In this document: positions 9,410 to 20,000 of the stretch, in pieces
How positions within the stretch are numbered: position 1 is the stretch's first letter
Layout of the letters: every line of letters starts with the position of its first letter
The notes under the pieces: model-generated
Databases searched by the model: none
The model's input: the letters and a program-made list of their open reading frames with translations, nothing else
What the model was told of the DNA's origin: nothing
Assembly: GCA_023231475.1 (NCBI GenBank)
Contig: JALJEE010000250.1
Location: forward strand, 45,495 to 65,494
DNA: 20,000 nucleotides
Origin: Seison nebaliae
Lineage: Eukaryota
Reading direction: 5' to 3'
Program-made: the position numbers and the translations under genes

Positions 9410-9778
9410 TAATACCAACATCATTACAAATATTCAATTCTTTTATTATTCTTTCTTTATTATAGGCAATTATTATTTCTCTCCAGGGCAATTGATACAT
9501 GAAAAATAGAAAATCACGATTTATTCCCAAGCATTTATGTTTTCTATTCTTGATGTATCCGTGATTGATGATTGATTATTTTTCAAATGAAAATATTTGA
9601 TGACGAAATCACATGAATTACGATCGACAGTTGCAGAATCCTTTTCAAAATTGATTTCATTTAATTGAATATTCGTCAACAATTTGGATTTGGAATTTTT
9701 ACACTTTATTTCATATTATACGAACAGTATTAATTGTTCAAGTAATAACCGAAACAAAATATACCAAACACACTTCAT
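9410..9778 (-). pseudogene. Possible decayed gene for a secreted protein
   Basis: From ATG 9778: MKCVWYILFRLLLEQLILFV*YEIKCKNSKSKLLTNIQLNEINFEKDSATVDRNSCDFVIKYFHLKNNQSSITDTSRIENINAWE*IVIFYFSCINCPG, then an apparent frameshift into EIIIAYNKERIIKELNICNDVGI. It has a signal-peptide-like start and sparse stops, but I recognise no family. Confidence 0.3.
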
Positions 9779-11231
9779 CTGGTAGATTAAGACAGCTTGT
9801 ACGATTTAAAACCATTTCAATTGCGTTTCTCTAACAAAATAAAGTTAACCTCAAAGAAATTAAAGAAGATATAAGAAATTAAAAACGAAAAATATGGTAA
9901 ATGGAAAGGGACTTGTGTAGATCCTTTTAACTTTCGAACTTTTCTTTAGTTAGTTCTAATGAAGATATCGATTTCACTTCCTTATTTTACATCTACCAAA
10001 GAACAGAATGATATTCAAGCCACAAAATAAATTGTTTGGAAGAGAAAGACAACAATTCTTACACCAACAAGAATGATCTGATCAATAATAAATTATAGTG
10101 TAACATCAAAATTGAATTAGGCGGAAACTTTGTTATAAAATTTAAATTCATGTGAATTGAAGTTATGAAAGAATGATCTAGTAACTGACTTATAAGCATT
10201 TAATAAATATTAAACAAACTAAGAAACCGAACTAAAAGTCGATACTGTTCACACTGGAAGAGGTTCGATCTGACTTCATGGTCATCACTTTCTTTTCATG
10301 GCACAAATCCACGAATGTCTTTGCTTCGATGGTATTTTTCTTTCAGAAATTTGGCTATTATCTTTCCCATTATCTTTTAATTCCATTAGCTTCATCACCA
10401 TATTTATCTCTCAAGTTACTTAACCTAAGCGTAGACGAACGACAATCTGGAACGATTATACCAGGTTGGAAATTATCAAACGCTTACGAGCTCACTATCA
10501 ATTCCGATTTTATTTGTTTCATCGGGTTACGGAGAGGAACTCATCCTCGTCTCAGTGGGTGTGTTGACACTTATTAATAACGTGCTGCGCATGAATTTTT
10601 CCGCTGATAGCAACAGTAAGATCTCCGCAATAATGATGATTTCTTACCTCCCCATTGTAACATTTGTAATTTGAAAATTAGAGGTGATTGTAATTTTCAA
10701 TTGGATCTATATTTATTAATCTGTAATGGGAAAAATCTCCCGCACAACATATCAGTCATATGTTAAATATTTCTAATAAAGCTAACAAATGTTTGAAAAA
10801 ATAATGTTGGATGAAAAATAAACTGAACATTATTCCAAAAATTAATATCTATGAACTTAACATATTGTTCGGATTTACAATTTAATGTTTACCCTACTGG
10901 ACAATTTTCTACAGTTATCTACATTATTCCTACTAATTATTATTTCATTTAATTAAATAATCTGGTTCCTTGGAGAAAGTTCATAAGACATATAATTGTA
11001 ATGTTAATCGGAAATTTCCTAATTTTAAAATTATTCCACATATGAGAAAATGGCATAACGATAATGAATTATGATCTTAATCATTGTTAATGATGGAAAG
11101 TACTAATGATACTGTGAATGTAAAAAAAAGACTTCTTATATTTTGAGGGAAAGAGTGGAAGGAAGTTATTTAGATTACAATTTTACATTATGAAATTAAT
11201 TTAAATGTTACAAATTCTTTTAAATGAGAAT

Positions 11232-11300
11232 TGCGATACTTAAACATGAGAGAATTTCATGTTACAAATTCTTGAAATTCTCTCATGTTTAAGTATTGCA
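11232..11300. repeat. Near-perfect hairpin: 28-bp inverted arms, 13-nt loop
   Basis: TGCGATACTTAAACATGAGAGAATTTCA (11232-11259), loop tgttacaaattct, TGAAATTCTCTCATGTTTAAGTATTGCA (11273-11300). 27/28 Watson-Crick pairs plus one G.U on the + strand. Confidence 0.92.
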
Positions 11301-11417
11301 TGCATTCGTAAAAACGTGTGAAAAAGTGAGCAAATTTTTATTTTTATTCTTCTTTCTTAATTAAAAGATATAATTATAGATAATATCTTATATGTTTTAT
11401 AACATTAACATATCAAT

Positions 11418-14400
11418 ATGGAATTTTCTGAGTTATCAAACGTAGATATAAACGACAGATTCTATTCGTTCCAAATTTCGGTTATATTTGATTTTTTTCT
11501 TTAAAATTTTAATTTGGCTATCTATGAGTAGGAAGAAATCAGAGAGATATCGGCAAAGAACGGACAAGAAGTGAATGCAGCAAATTTATATTTCATTAAC
11601 AAACCACGAAGTTAAAAATCTATTTTAAATATCTCTAGCTAAAATCTCCTTTAAGATAATTTCGGTTTCAATCAATATGTGGAATATTATTTAACAATTT
11701 GTGATCGCTTCTCAAACTGGAAGGAAGTTGCGAGTCGTGTCATCGATCTTTTGGCCCAATCTTTCTCGACGGAATTCTATATATATGAGGAGAAGAACCT
11801 TATAGCATTAGGACGAATAATCTTCGCACATAACATCGATACGCCAAGTGGCATAGAAATTCTTACTTATTTAAGTAGACGACAAGTTCTCCTTGAAATT
11901 TACTTGGACGATTTTATTGATCTGATAGTGCACTTGACGGAAAAGCAGTTAGATTATTTGATACATCATTTGACTTTCTATTTTAAACTTTTCTAACATT
12001 ATTTTCACTTGTTAGATATTGGGAGAATGCACCAAATTATAATTTACTCACCAACTGTCTGGGATATATTGCTGAAATGGAAATACCATTATATGATTTA
12101 TTGGGAACGAAGATTAATTTGGGGAATATTATTATAAACGTTCCAACTAGTAAACAAAGGAAAGTATCTTATTATCTGATAATAGTTTATTTACGGAAGA
12201 TTTTCTATGTTACTTATATCTCTTATTATCCGGATTTCGATAATGCTCCCAAACATTTTTATCGAATGATAAGATCGTTCTCGAAAGCTACCGAACATTT
12301 CAATTTTAAAACATGTTTCGAAGAGAGAACATTAATGAAAAGCTACGGAATGGATCTCACTCTCTCACCATATATTATGTTGACATTTCCTTCCATCTTA
12401 TGGGGAAGAATTAATGGTCAAACGATTGAATTGAATGATTTGGATAAAGAATTTATTCATCCGATAGAGGATGTTGATAATTTTATTTTGTTGAAAAAGT
12501 TATTGGAAAAATTCCGAGATGTTGATTGTAACAAATTTGTGGATGCTTTGACGATAGTACGGGAATATATTTGCATGTTGTCCATCGAAGGAAAAAAAAA
12601 AGTTTTATCGATCATTCTCGAAACATTTAAGAAAACTTCAAGAATTCCGACGGACATTTCGTCACTCATTCTCGAATGTATTCGATTGAAAGAGGTCGAA
12701 ATTGAGAAAAGAATCTTCCACATACCATTCGATTTATTGCACAAACTAATTTCGTTGCTACCCAAAATGTTGGAAAGTCCAACGAATCCTGTATGTTTCA
12801 ATCTTATCATTTATAATTTGATTATCGTCCAAGTTGAACAAACGGATGAATTGAATATAACTAAAATGATAAAGTTGAATGAAATGAGTGCGAAAAGTCT
12901 TGACGCGAAAAGTGCAAATTTATGTCGATTCATATTCGAATGTCTATTACATACGAAACCTAAGGATCCGTTTGTGAATGTTGGATTGAAAAAAATTATG
13001 GAAACTGTTCGAACATTGAAACGCGTTAATTATTCAATGGAAGAAGAGAAAATGATTTGTTGTTGTATTGATTCATTGAAAATAACATTTAATGAAAAAA
13101 AGAACCTTCTTGGAATATCCTTCGATTTACATAATAAACAAGGGAGAGCGAAATTTTTTTCATCATGCAAATTCCGTCATCGATGGATAGTTAGCGTGAG
13201 ATATTTGATGATGAATAAACCGGAAAGTTCCTCCTGTTATGATTATTATTATAACATTGTCGATTTTGAGAAACGAGTAATACAACAATGTCAACAAATA
13301 TTAAAGGAAAGACAGGATGAAACGACGTTATGCTCCAAAGAATATCTGAATGAAATTTTAATGGTTTTATTATCCAATAAATCCGATTATTTTCCTTTTG
13401 AAAATTTTAGTCGAAATTTCAAATATCTATCCGAAATCAATAACGGACATTATTTGGATTTAATGGATCATACGACATTGAGTCCATTACATTTTCCCAA
13501 ATTGGCTAGTAGCGACTGGCAAACTATAAATCTCATTCTTCAGTGGCATAGTCGTCTTGACTCGATAAAAGATATCTTCCCCACATTATCCATATCATCC
13601 AAATTTGTCGTTTGTCGAAATATTATGAAACATCCTTTATTTTCATCGAAGAACGAAATGGAAAAAGACCATTTATTTATTATCAAAGAGACGGTGAAAG
13701 AATGTTCAAAAAAAGGTTATTTGCATGAAAAGAAATTGTGGCAATTAATAAAGAGTCAACCGAAAACTCATGCAAATCGACTATTTGGATTTTTAAGAAC
13801 TTTAACGAAATATTTAAATTCGAAGGAACTCGTTCTGTTTGAAGAGCAAACGTTTTTCACTTATATCATATCGATACTGGGTGTCAATTACCAGAAATAT
13901 GGGACGAATAATCGGTTCAATGGTAGCGTATTGAAATTATTTTTAAATTTTCTCTCTGATTCCCATATGTTCCAAATTCCTTTTTTAAACGTAATGAAAC
14001 TTTTGGATCATTTCTCTTGGGGTTATCTTGTTAAATGGATGAATCACAAACCATCTGTCAATAGACATATGCGTAATGTTTTCCACCACGCGGTTCATAA
14101 AAAACAGATAATAAATTCATTTTATGAAAACGCATCTGAAGAAATGAAATTTTACCAAAAAATCTTCCATAACACTTTAGTGAACCACAGGAATGATAAT
14201 GAGCACCATATGGTTCTCTATCTGATGTCTTGGCAAAACAAATGTTCAATTGGAAATATTCACGATAAAATATTCGATCTATCTTCAACGGATTTCTACG
14301 ATTATTTTTCTAAAGAATATTTATCAATTGTCTTTATCGTTCTAGAATCGAAATTGAACAATATTGCCAGAATGCATGATTTCATATTTTGTCGTAAAAT

Positions 14401-17400
14401 CCTTTTAAGTCTCTCAATCACTGTGTCACATTCGAAGAAAAATTACAAATATCATTTAATTCGTCTTTATCTCTTCTTATTTAAATTAACGATAAAATTT
14501 CAATTACTACGCCATACGATTAATGATGAACAATCCATTAATAATCGGATTATCAATGGAACAATTCTGGAAATTTTCCAAAAATGTCCAATAGTATTCA
14601 AACGAATTCCGATTTCCGCTTATTTTATCTTGGCGAAATTCCAAGTTTTGGATATTGTCAAAAGTGCGACACAACTTCCAAATAAAGAAATTACAATTGG
14701 AGTTGGTGAGTTTGATCTGAATGAAAAAGATAAATTTCAAAAAAAATATAATTCTGATAAAATAGATGAAAATTGTGAAGGGATTGACAGAGAGTTCGAT
14801 TTGAATGATGATTGTGAAAAGAATGATGAAAAAATTTTAGTGGCTTTCTATTTTCAATCCCGACCTCTAAACAATTTGAAAGAATTTCTATTTTTATGCA
14901 ATATAATTGAAGAACGTTTCTTGTTGTACAACATTTGTTATCTGAGTAAATGGGAACTGAAGTGTTTGATGGAATTTACGGAGAATGATCTCTTTTGTCA
15001 GGAACGATTATATCGTCTATATAATCAATTATTTCTTATGAAGACGATGAATAAAAAGCAGGTTTGGGCGAATAGTGAGATAGATGCTTTAGAAAATTAT
15101 ATTCATACATTCATTTGTAAACTCGTTTTTAATGAGATTCAACCGATGAATGAGAGGAAGATGTTAGGTTCGAATCCTTTCGACATGATGAAAAAATGTG
15201 ATGTGAAGAATCGAATGATGTTTTATGATTTGGTGATAGAAGACATTGAATTGGACACTAAATTTATTAACACCGAATTTACACAACATCCATTATGTTT
15301 AATAGTGAATGAATATTGTGGGAGATTAACAGAAAGGAAAAATTTGAATAAATTATTCTCCTTAACTTATTTGATAGGTTGTATACGATCAAGTTGTCTG
15401 GATGGCAAAGAAGAAATTTTCTTCAATTTCTTGGGAGAATTAAACGCATTTTTTCGAACGATTCAACCGATTGATCGACGATTCCTCACCTGGTTCTATT
15501 ACGAGATTCGAGATATTTTCGATCAAATAATTTTTAAGATTTCTCCAAACAATTTCTTGAAATTCAATGAAGTTTTCATTCAAATCGCTTCATCATTTAG
15601 CGATAATATATATGTAGTCGAATTATTCCAATTCATCATACATCGTTATACGGTAGACGAAGAATTGAACACATGTGGAAAAACGAAATGTCATCCACTT
15701 TTCCCAGTATCAATCCAATGTAATTTGAGTAAGTGGATGTCGTACGATTTTTACATTCGATCACTTTTTATGAAAGATCATTTGAATAGTTTAATGAATT
15801 TATATAAGAAGATTAATTCGTCTTATTTGGAAAGTGTGTTAATGAAATTCAAATATGAATCTTGGGACTCTGTTGCAGGTGATTTGATCGAAAAACAATT
15901 AGGAAATTGGAGTTTACAATTGAAGGGAATAGAAGATGAGAAAAAAAATCGAAATGAAATACGAGACAAAAGTTTTATATGTTGGAATAAGTTACAGCAT
16001 GTGAATGATCGTTCCACATTTCGATTAGGATATGATGGTAGTAAAAATTCAACAATGAATCGACTGGATGAACGATTGAAGAAAGTTTTGTTAGAGAAAT
16101 GGAAGCAGATCGGAAGAATCTCCCTCATTCCATTAGATAATTATTATATGGATCCATTGAATAATATTTATACGCCAATGAATAATATCAATTTTGAGAG
16201 TGAAATTTTAGAAGATTATAATTTGAAGGAAGTATTGAAACGTCGGAAAAGAGTGATTTTAGGAAAGTGGAGATATGCTGCGGAGTGCAGGAAAAAGAGT
16301 CTTGGCAAATCTTCCTTACAAAATTTGATGCTCCAAAATTTCTTACAAGATGCACCAGCTACTCCTCAATTGTTTAACGTTCAACAACAAATTATTCGCG
16401 AATTAGACCAATATTCGATGAAGGAAAAGGTTTTGGCAACCAGATGGTTCATCGCTAAATATATGATGGACACTTCAACCAATTGGACATTAATGGAACA
16501 AACGGATAATATTATTTCAAACATAGTCACTGAAACGATGAAGTTGGATATGAAGGAAATTCCTGGTTATTGTGAATTTTATGAAAATCTTTCAGTTTAT
16601 TATTCCGTCGTTTATGAGAATGCTGTGAAGAATCATCAGAATTTCCATAAACCGAATCAGATATTTTTCGATGAAACTTTATCTCTCTATCCTAATGTCA
16701 TTGTTTCCAGTGGTGGTTTGAAAATCGTTAATTATGCCATCAATTATATTCAAGTTACAATGAAATATCTCCAATATCATTCATCCACATCGAATATGGA
16801 ACCAGGTATCATACTCAATTTTATCAGTATATTACTTGCCAACGGAATGAAGAAGGAGATTGAGGACATTCTCGAAAACGAATTAAAACAAATTAATCCC
16901 AATCATTTCCAAATGATTTCACGTCATATTTTCGTCCAATTTAAAAATTTGGTGAAAAGAACAAAATTTCGGAAATTATCAAATTCTTTTTTTGAAATAA
17001 TCTCAAAATTATTAGACGATCCGACGAGTGAAATTTATTCGTTTATTTGTCTCACACTTATAAACAGATCTCCATCAGAGAATCGTAAACGATCAATTCA
17101 TCCCTCTTCATCAATTCCATTGAAATTTAGTAAAATGGAAGAAAATTCATCAATATCTCTTAATTCCAGTACACAGGACTTGTTAAACGATCCCGAAAAG
17201 GATATGGAAGATATATCGAATAATCAATATGTTAATAATGGTTTCTTGAATATGATTAACGAATTACCGGACAGTCAAAGAAAGAATTTGAAGAATGTTT
17301 TATATTTAGAAACGTTCCTAACCAAATGCCTAAAATCACAGATAACAGATGACGAAACATATAAAAATCTCCTAATACCACTCTCATCGAAATATGACGT

Positions 17401-18358
17401 TCGAATAGACAAATATGAAATTCCTCTTCCTTCAGATAAAACGAAAATGATTATCAATTTTTTTGGAAGTGATGGAAATCGATATGATCGAAAATTGACA
17501 TTAGATTCTACTAAACGTAATGATTTTTTGATGTATCCTCTTATGGAAATTTCGAGAAAGATCATCGACTTAAAACGTTCTTATCTGACGATACCGGTTG
17601 AACGGATAATGATGATAAATTATCAGTATATTTTGACCATTCATCAACCACGAATATGTCTCCAAAATTATTTGTATGATTGTTCTAAGAAATTATTTCC
17701 CGATGATCTTCAACCATCTCAATGTTATAAGATGTTCAAGAATAATAAAAATCGATTAAGAACATTGATGGAAATCCTCCATAAGACACGTCCACTTCTT
17801 TTTCATTTTTATTTCGAGTACTGTTCTAGTGTCAATGAAGTTCATCATGCTAGAAAGAATTTTATTCGATCAACTGCAATTAACAATTTTTTCATGAAAT
17901 TATTCCACATTAAAAGTCAACTGTTAAAGAATATATACATCAATCCTCATAACGGACAAATGATATGTGATTCGTTCTATGATATATTACAATTGAGAAA
18001 AGATGAAAAGAAATGGGGAGATATTCCCATACGATTGACGAGAAATATTCGTGCTGCATTCGGTTCCACTGATATGATTGGTCATTATAATCAATTCTTC
18101 CATCAGTTGAACAACATTTTTGCCCGACAATCTACAACTTTATCTATTATGTCGTTTATGATTTCCGTGGAGGATGATACGATATTTCCACATCTCAATT
18201 ATCAACTGGAAGACAATGAAGTTTTATATTGCAAAACTATTCTCAAATATAAAGGTGCCAAGATAGTTCCAATAAACACCACGGAACAACTAACTGAGAA
18301 GGCAACCGATATCGTAGAACTTTCGAAAATGCATTCGTTATGGATGCCATATTTATAA
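11418..18358 (+). CDS. PIKK-family protein (ATM-like by kinase-region sequence) with degenerate, probably catalytically dead kinase domain; ~2258 aa, 4 exons
   Basis: Exons 11418-11480, 11532-11610, 11656-11947 and 12016-18358; introns 51, 45 and 68 nt, all GTT...AG, phases 0/1/2, giving one continuous frame that links ORFs 11679..11996 and 12077..18358. The C-terminus has PIKK hallmarks: FGSDGNRY, KRNDFLM (cf. LRQD), ARKNFIRSTA, KNIYI, IPIRLTRNI (cf. VPFRLTRD) and FATC QLTEKATDIVELSKMHSLWMPYL*. The long N-terminal part looks helical/HEAT-like. Exons 1-2 are less certain than exons 3-4. Confidence 0.85.
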
Positions 18359-19303
18359 ATTGATTACTTTCTCACATATCAACTTTTTATAACATCGTTT
18401 AAACATCATCTTTTCTAAAAACAAATATTAGCGAATAATCGAAAAAATATTTTGAATTTCCTGTCAATTATTGTTTTTCTATTCTTTTAAAGAATAATTT
18501 ACGAAAATATAATTTTTTTAATTTATCGAACTCTTATCGAACTATTCGATGTTTTGTGTAATATGATGGTGAAAAAATCAGAATAATTTCAATGAAAGAA
18601 CTATATTCAAATATTTTTCAACAATTAACATATATTTCTAATTTAACAAGTTACCTTTTTTTTTCGCTAAAAATCTATATAAGAAAAATGTAAAGAAGAA
18701 ATTTCATTGAAAAAAATGACAATAAAAAATTTTCTGAAATTTTTGTAGGGAATTTTTCTACGGGCGAATCATCCTAAAATCGAATAGATTAATTGGTTAT
18801 AATCGTTAAATTATTATTTCGACCTGTTAACAGATATTTTAACGATAATGTTATGTTGCGCTCAAAATTTTTCCTGTTTCCTACTTGTACATACCAACTG
18901 TTTAACGATATTTTAAAGATTAAGGATCTTAATGCTTTTAAAGAGAAGACTGTTAATTATTGAAAATCTACCAATAAAAAATTTCATCGAAATTTTAACC
19001 GAATACCAATATTAATTACGTCTTATTGTAAACAAACATAATACAGTAAGAACTTAAAGTAATCGGACACTTTTGCAGTTTTATAAAATAGACTATAACT
19101 TCTGGTTAATTTTGTATTTCTTAAAAGATTGCATATCATAAAATAGCCCTATTCAAACTCTTTAAAATAGTGGAAAAAGATGGTGAAAATGATGTAATTA
19201 TTGAGCATTTTTTAAACGTAGTATTTTTACATTCCCGGATCAATCGTAAATTATTTGAAAACGTTGTTTGATTTATTGACATCATCACCCTCGAAAACGG
19301 CAC

Positions 19304-19461
19304 TGTGCAAATTTTCATCGATTTTGCAGACACCGAAGTAATATTTTTCGTGGAGTATATGGTTTAATGTATAAGTTCGTTAAAAGGAATGCACATTTTG
19401 CGCTATAAACTGCACGAAAAGTATTCCTTCAGTGTCTGCAAAATCGATGAAAATTTGTACA
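19304..19461. repeat. Long inverted repeat (59-bp arms, 52/59 identical, 40-nt spacer); foldback/MITE-like remnant
   Basis: Left arm 19304-19362: TGTGCAAATTTTCATCGATTTTGCAGACACCGAAGTAATATTTTTCGTGGAGTATATGG. Reverse complement of right arm 19403-19461: TGTACAAATTTTCATCGATTTTGCAGACACTGAAGGAATACTTTTCGTGCAGTTTATAG. Weaker complementarity continues inward and outward. Confidence 0.9.
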
Positions 19462-20000
19462 TACCTTTTGCAACAAGTTATGATCATCAAAACAATAACC
19501 ATAATAATTTTTAACAAATATCAAAATGATGATGCATTATCGTTGAGCCTTCTTTCCTTATTTAACGAAATTAATTAAATTAGTGATTAAATAACATTGT
19601 ATGATAATATTACTTGTTATTACTTGGTAATATTACAATCCACAACAGTAATTGTTATACATAATTACCACATAATGAACAAATAAGTTTTAAAAATATA
19701 ATTAAATTATTTAAGTAGATAATTTTAATTGGTTGTTTAATTAGTTTTATTAGAAAGATTAAGTAATTATAATATTTAAGAACAATGTACTAATTTTATT
19801 AAATCGTATAATTAGATAAATTAAATTTATTTTTAATTTAAAAATAAAGAGTATATAATAACTATTAATCATTCTGTTTATCAAATTAGCGTAGGAGGAA
19901 ACTTCCATTGACTATAAATATAGTCGAAGTAATCTTGTTTTACATAATTCAGTTTTAAGATAATTATGTCAAATATCTCGAAAATAAATTTCGTAACACC

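Noticed and set aside
3857..9720. Stop-codon reassignment suggested by in-frame TAA/TGA in the hAT frame and the 9.4-9.8 kb frame
   Set aside because: Conserved genes end exactly at TAA (Nrx-IV EWFI*, PIKK WMPYL*) or TGA (Kazal GPC*), and the long ORFs have no internal stops. Pseudogenisation explains the stops.
11236..11250. ATACTTA resembling the U1 snRNA 5' end
   Set aside because: It continues AAACATG rather than CCTGG, has no U1 stem-loops or Sm site, and is simply part of the hairpin arm.
11679..11996. Independent 105-aa gene upstream of the PIKK ORF
   Set aside because: It is better explained as exon 3 of the PIKK gene; phase-compatible GT-AG introns join it on both sides.

Overview
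This is eukaryotic DNA: a strongly AT-rich, gene-dense, intron-poor invertebrate (metazoan) region with abundant CpG/TCGA words. In order it holds: (1) the 3' 2.9 kb of a Neurexin IV/CASPR (CNTNAP) gene on +; (2) a decayed hAT-transposase fragment on -; (3) a two-exon secreted VWC-like + 2x Kazal protease inhibitor on -; (4) an intronless CYP2-clan cytochrome P450 on -; (5) an intron-containing tRNA-Tyr(GTA) on -; (6) a three-exon secreted C-type-lectin-like + PAN/Apple gene on -; (7) probable pseudogene debris at 9.4-10.7 kb; (8) a near-perfect 28-bp hairpin; (9) a four-exon, ~2258-aa PIKK-family gene on +; (10) a 59-bp-arm foldback/MITE-like inverted repeat. Two observations stand out. First, the PIKK has ATM-like sequence around its kinase domain but has lost the ATP-binding Lys, the DRH catalytic loop and the DLG Asp while keeping a long intact ORF and FATC end, so it is a candidate ATM-derived pseudokinase distinct from TRRAP. 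Second, all six spliceosomal introns I could reconstruct begin with GTT (mostly GTTA, usually without +5G) rather than GTRAG, suggesting a divergent 5' splice-site code. All gene models were built by hand without RNA-seq or database searches.
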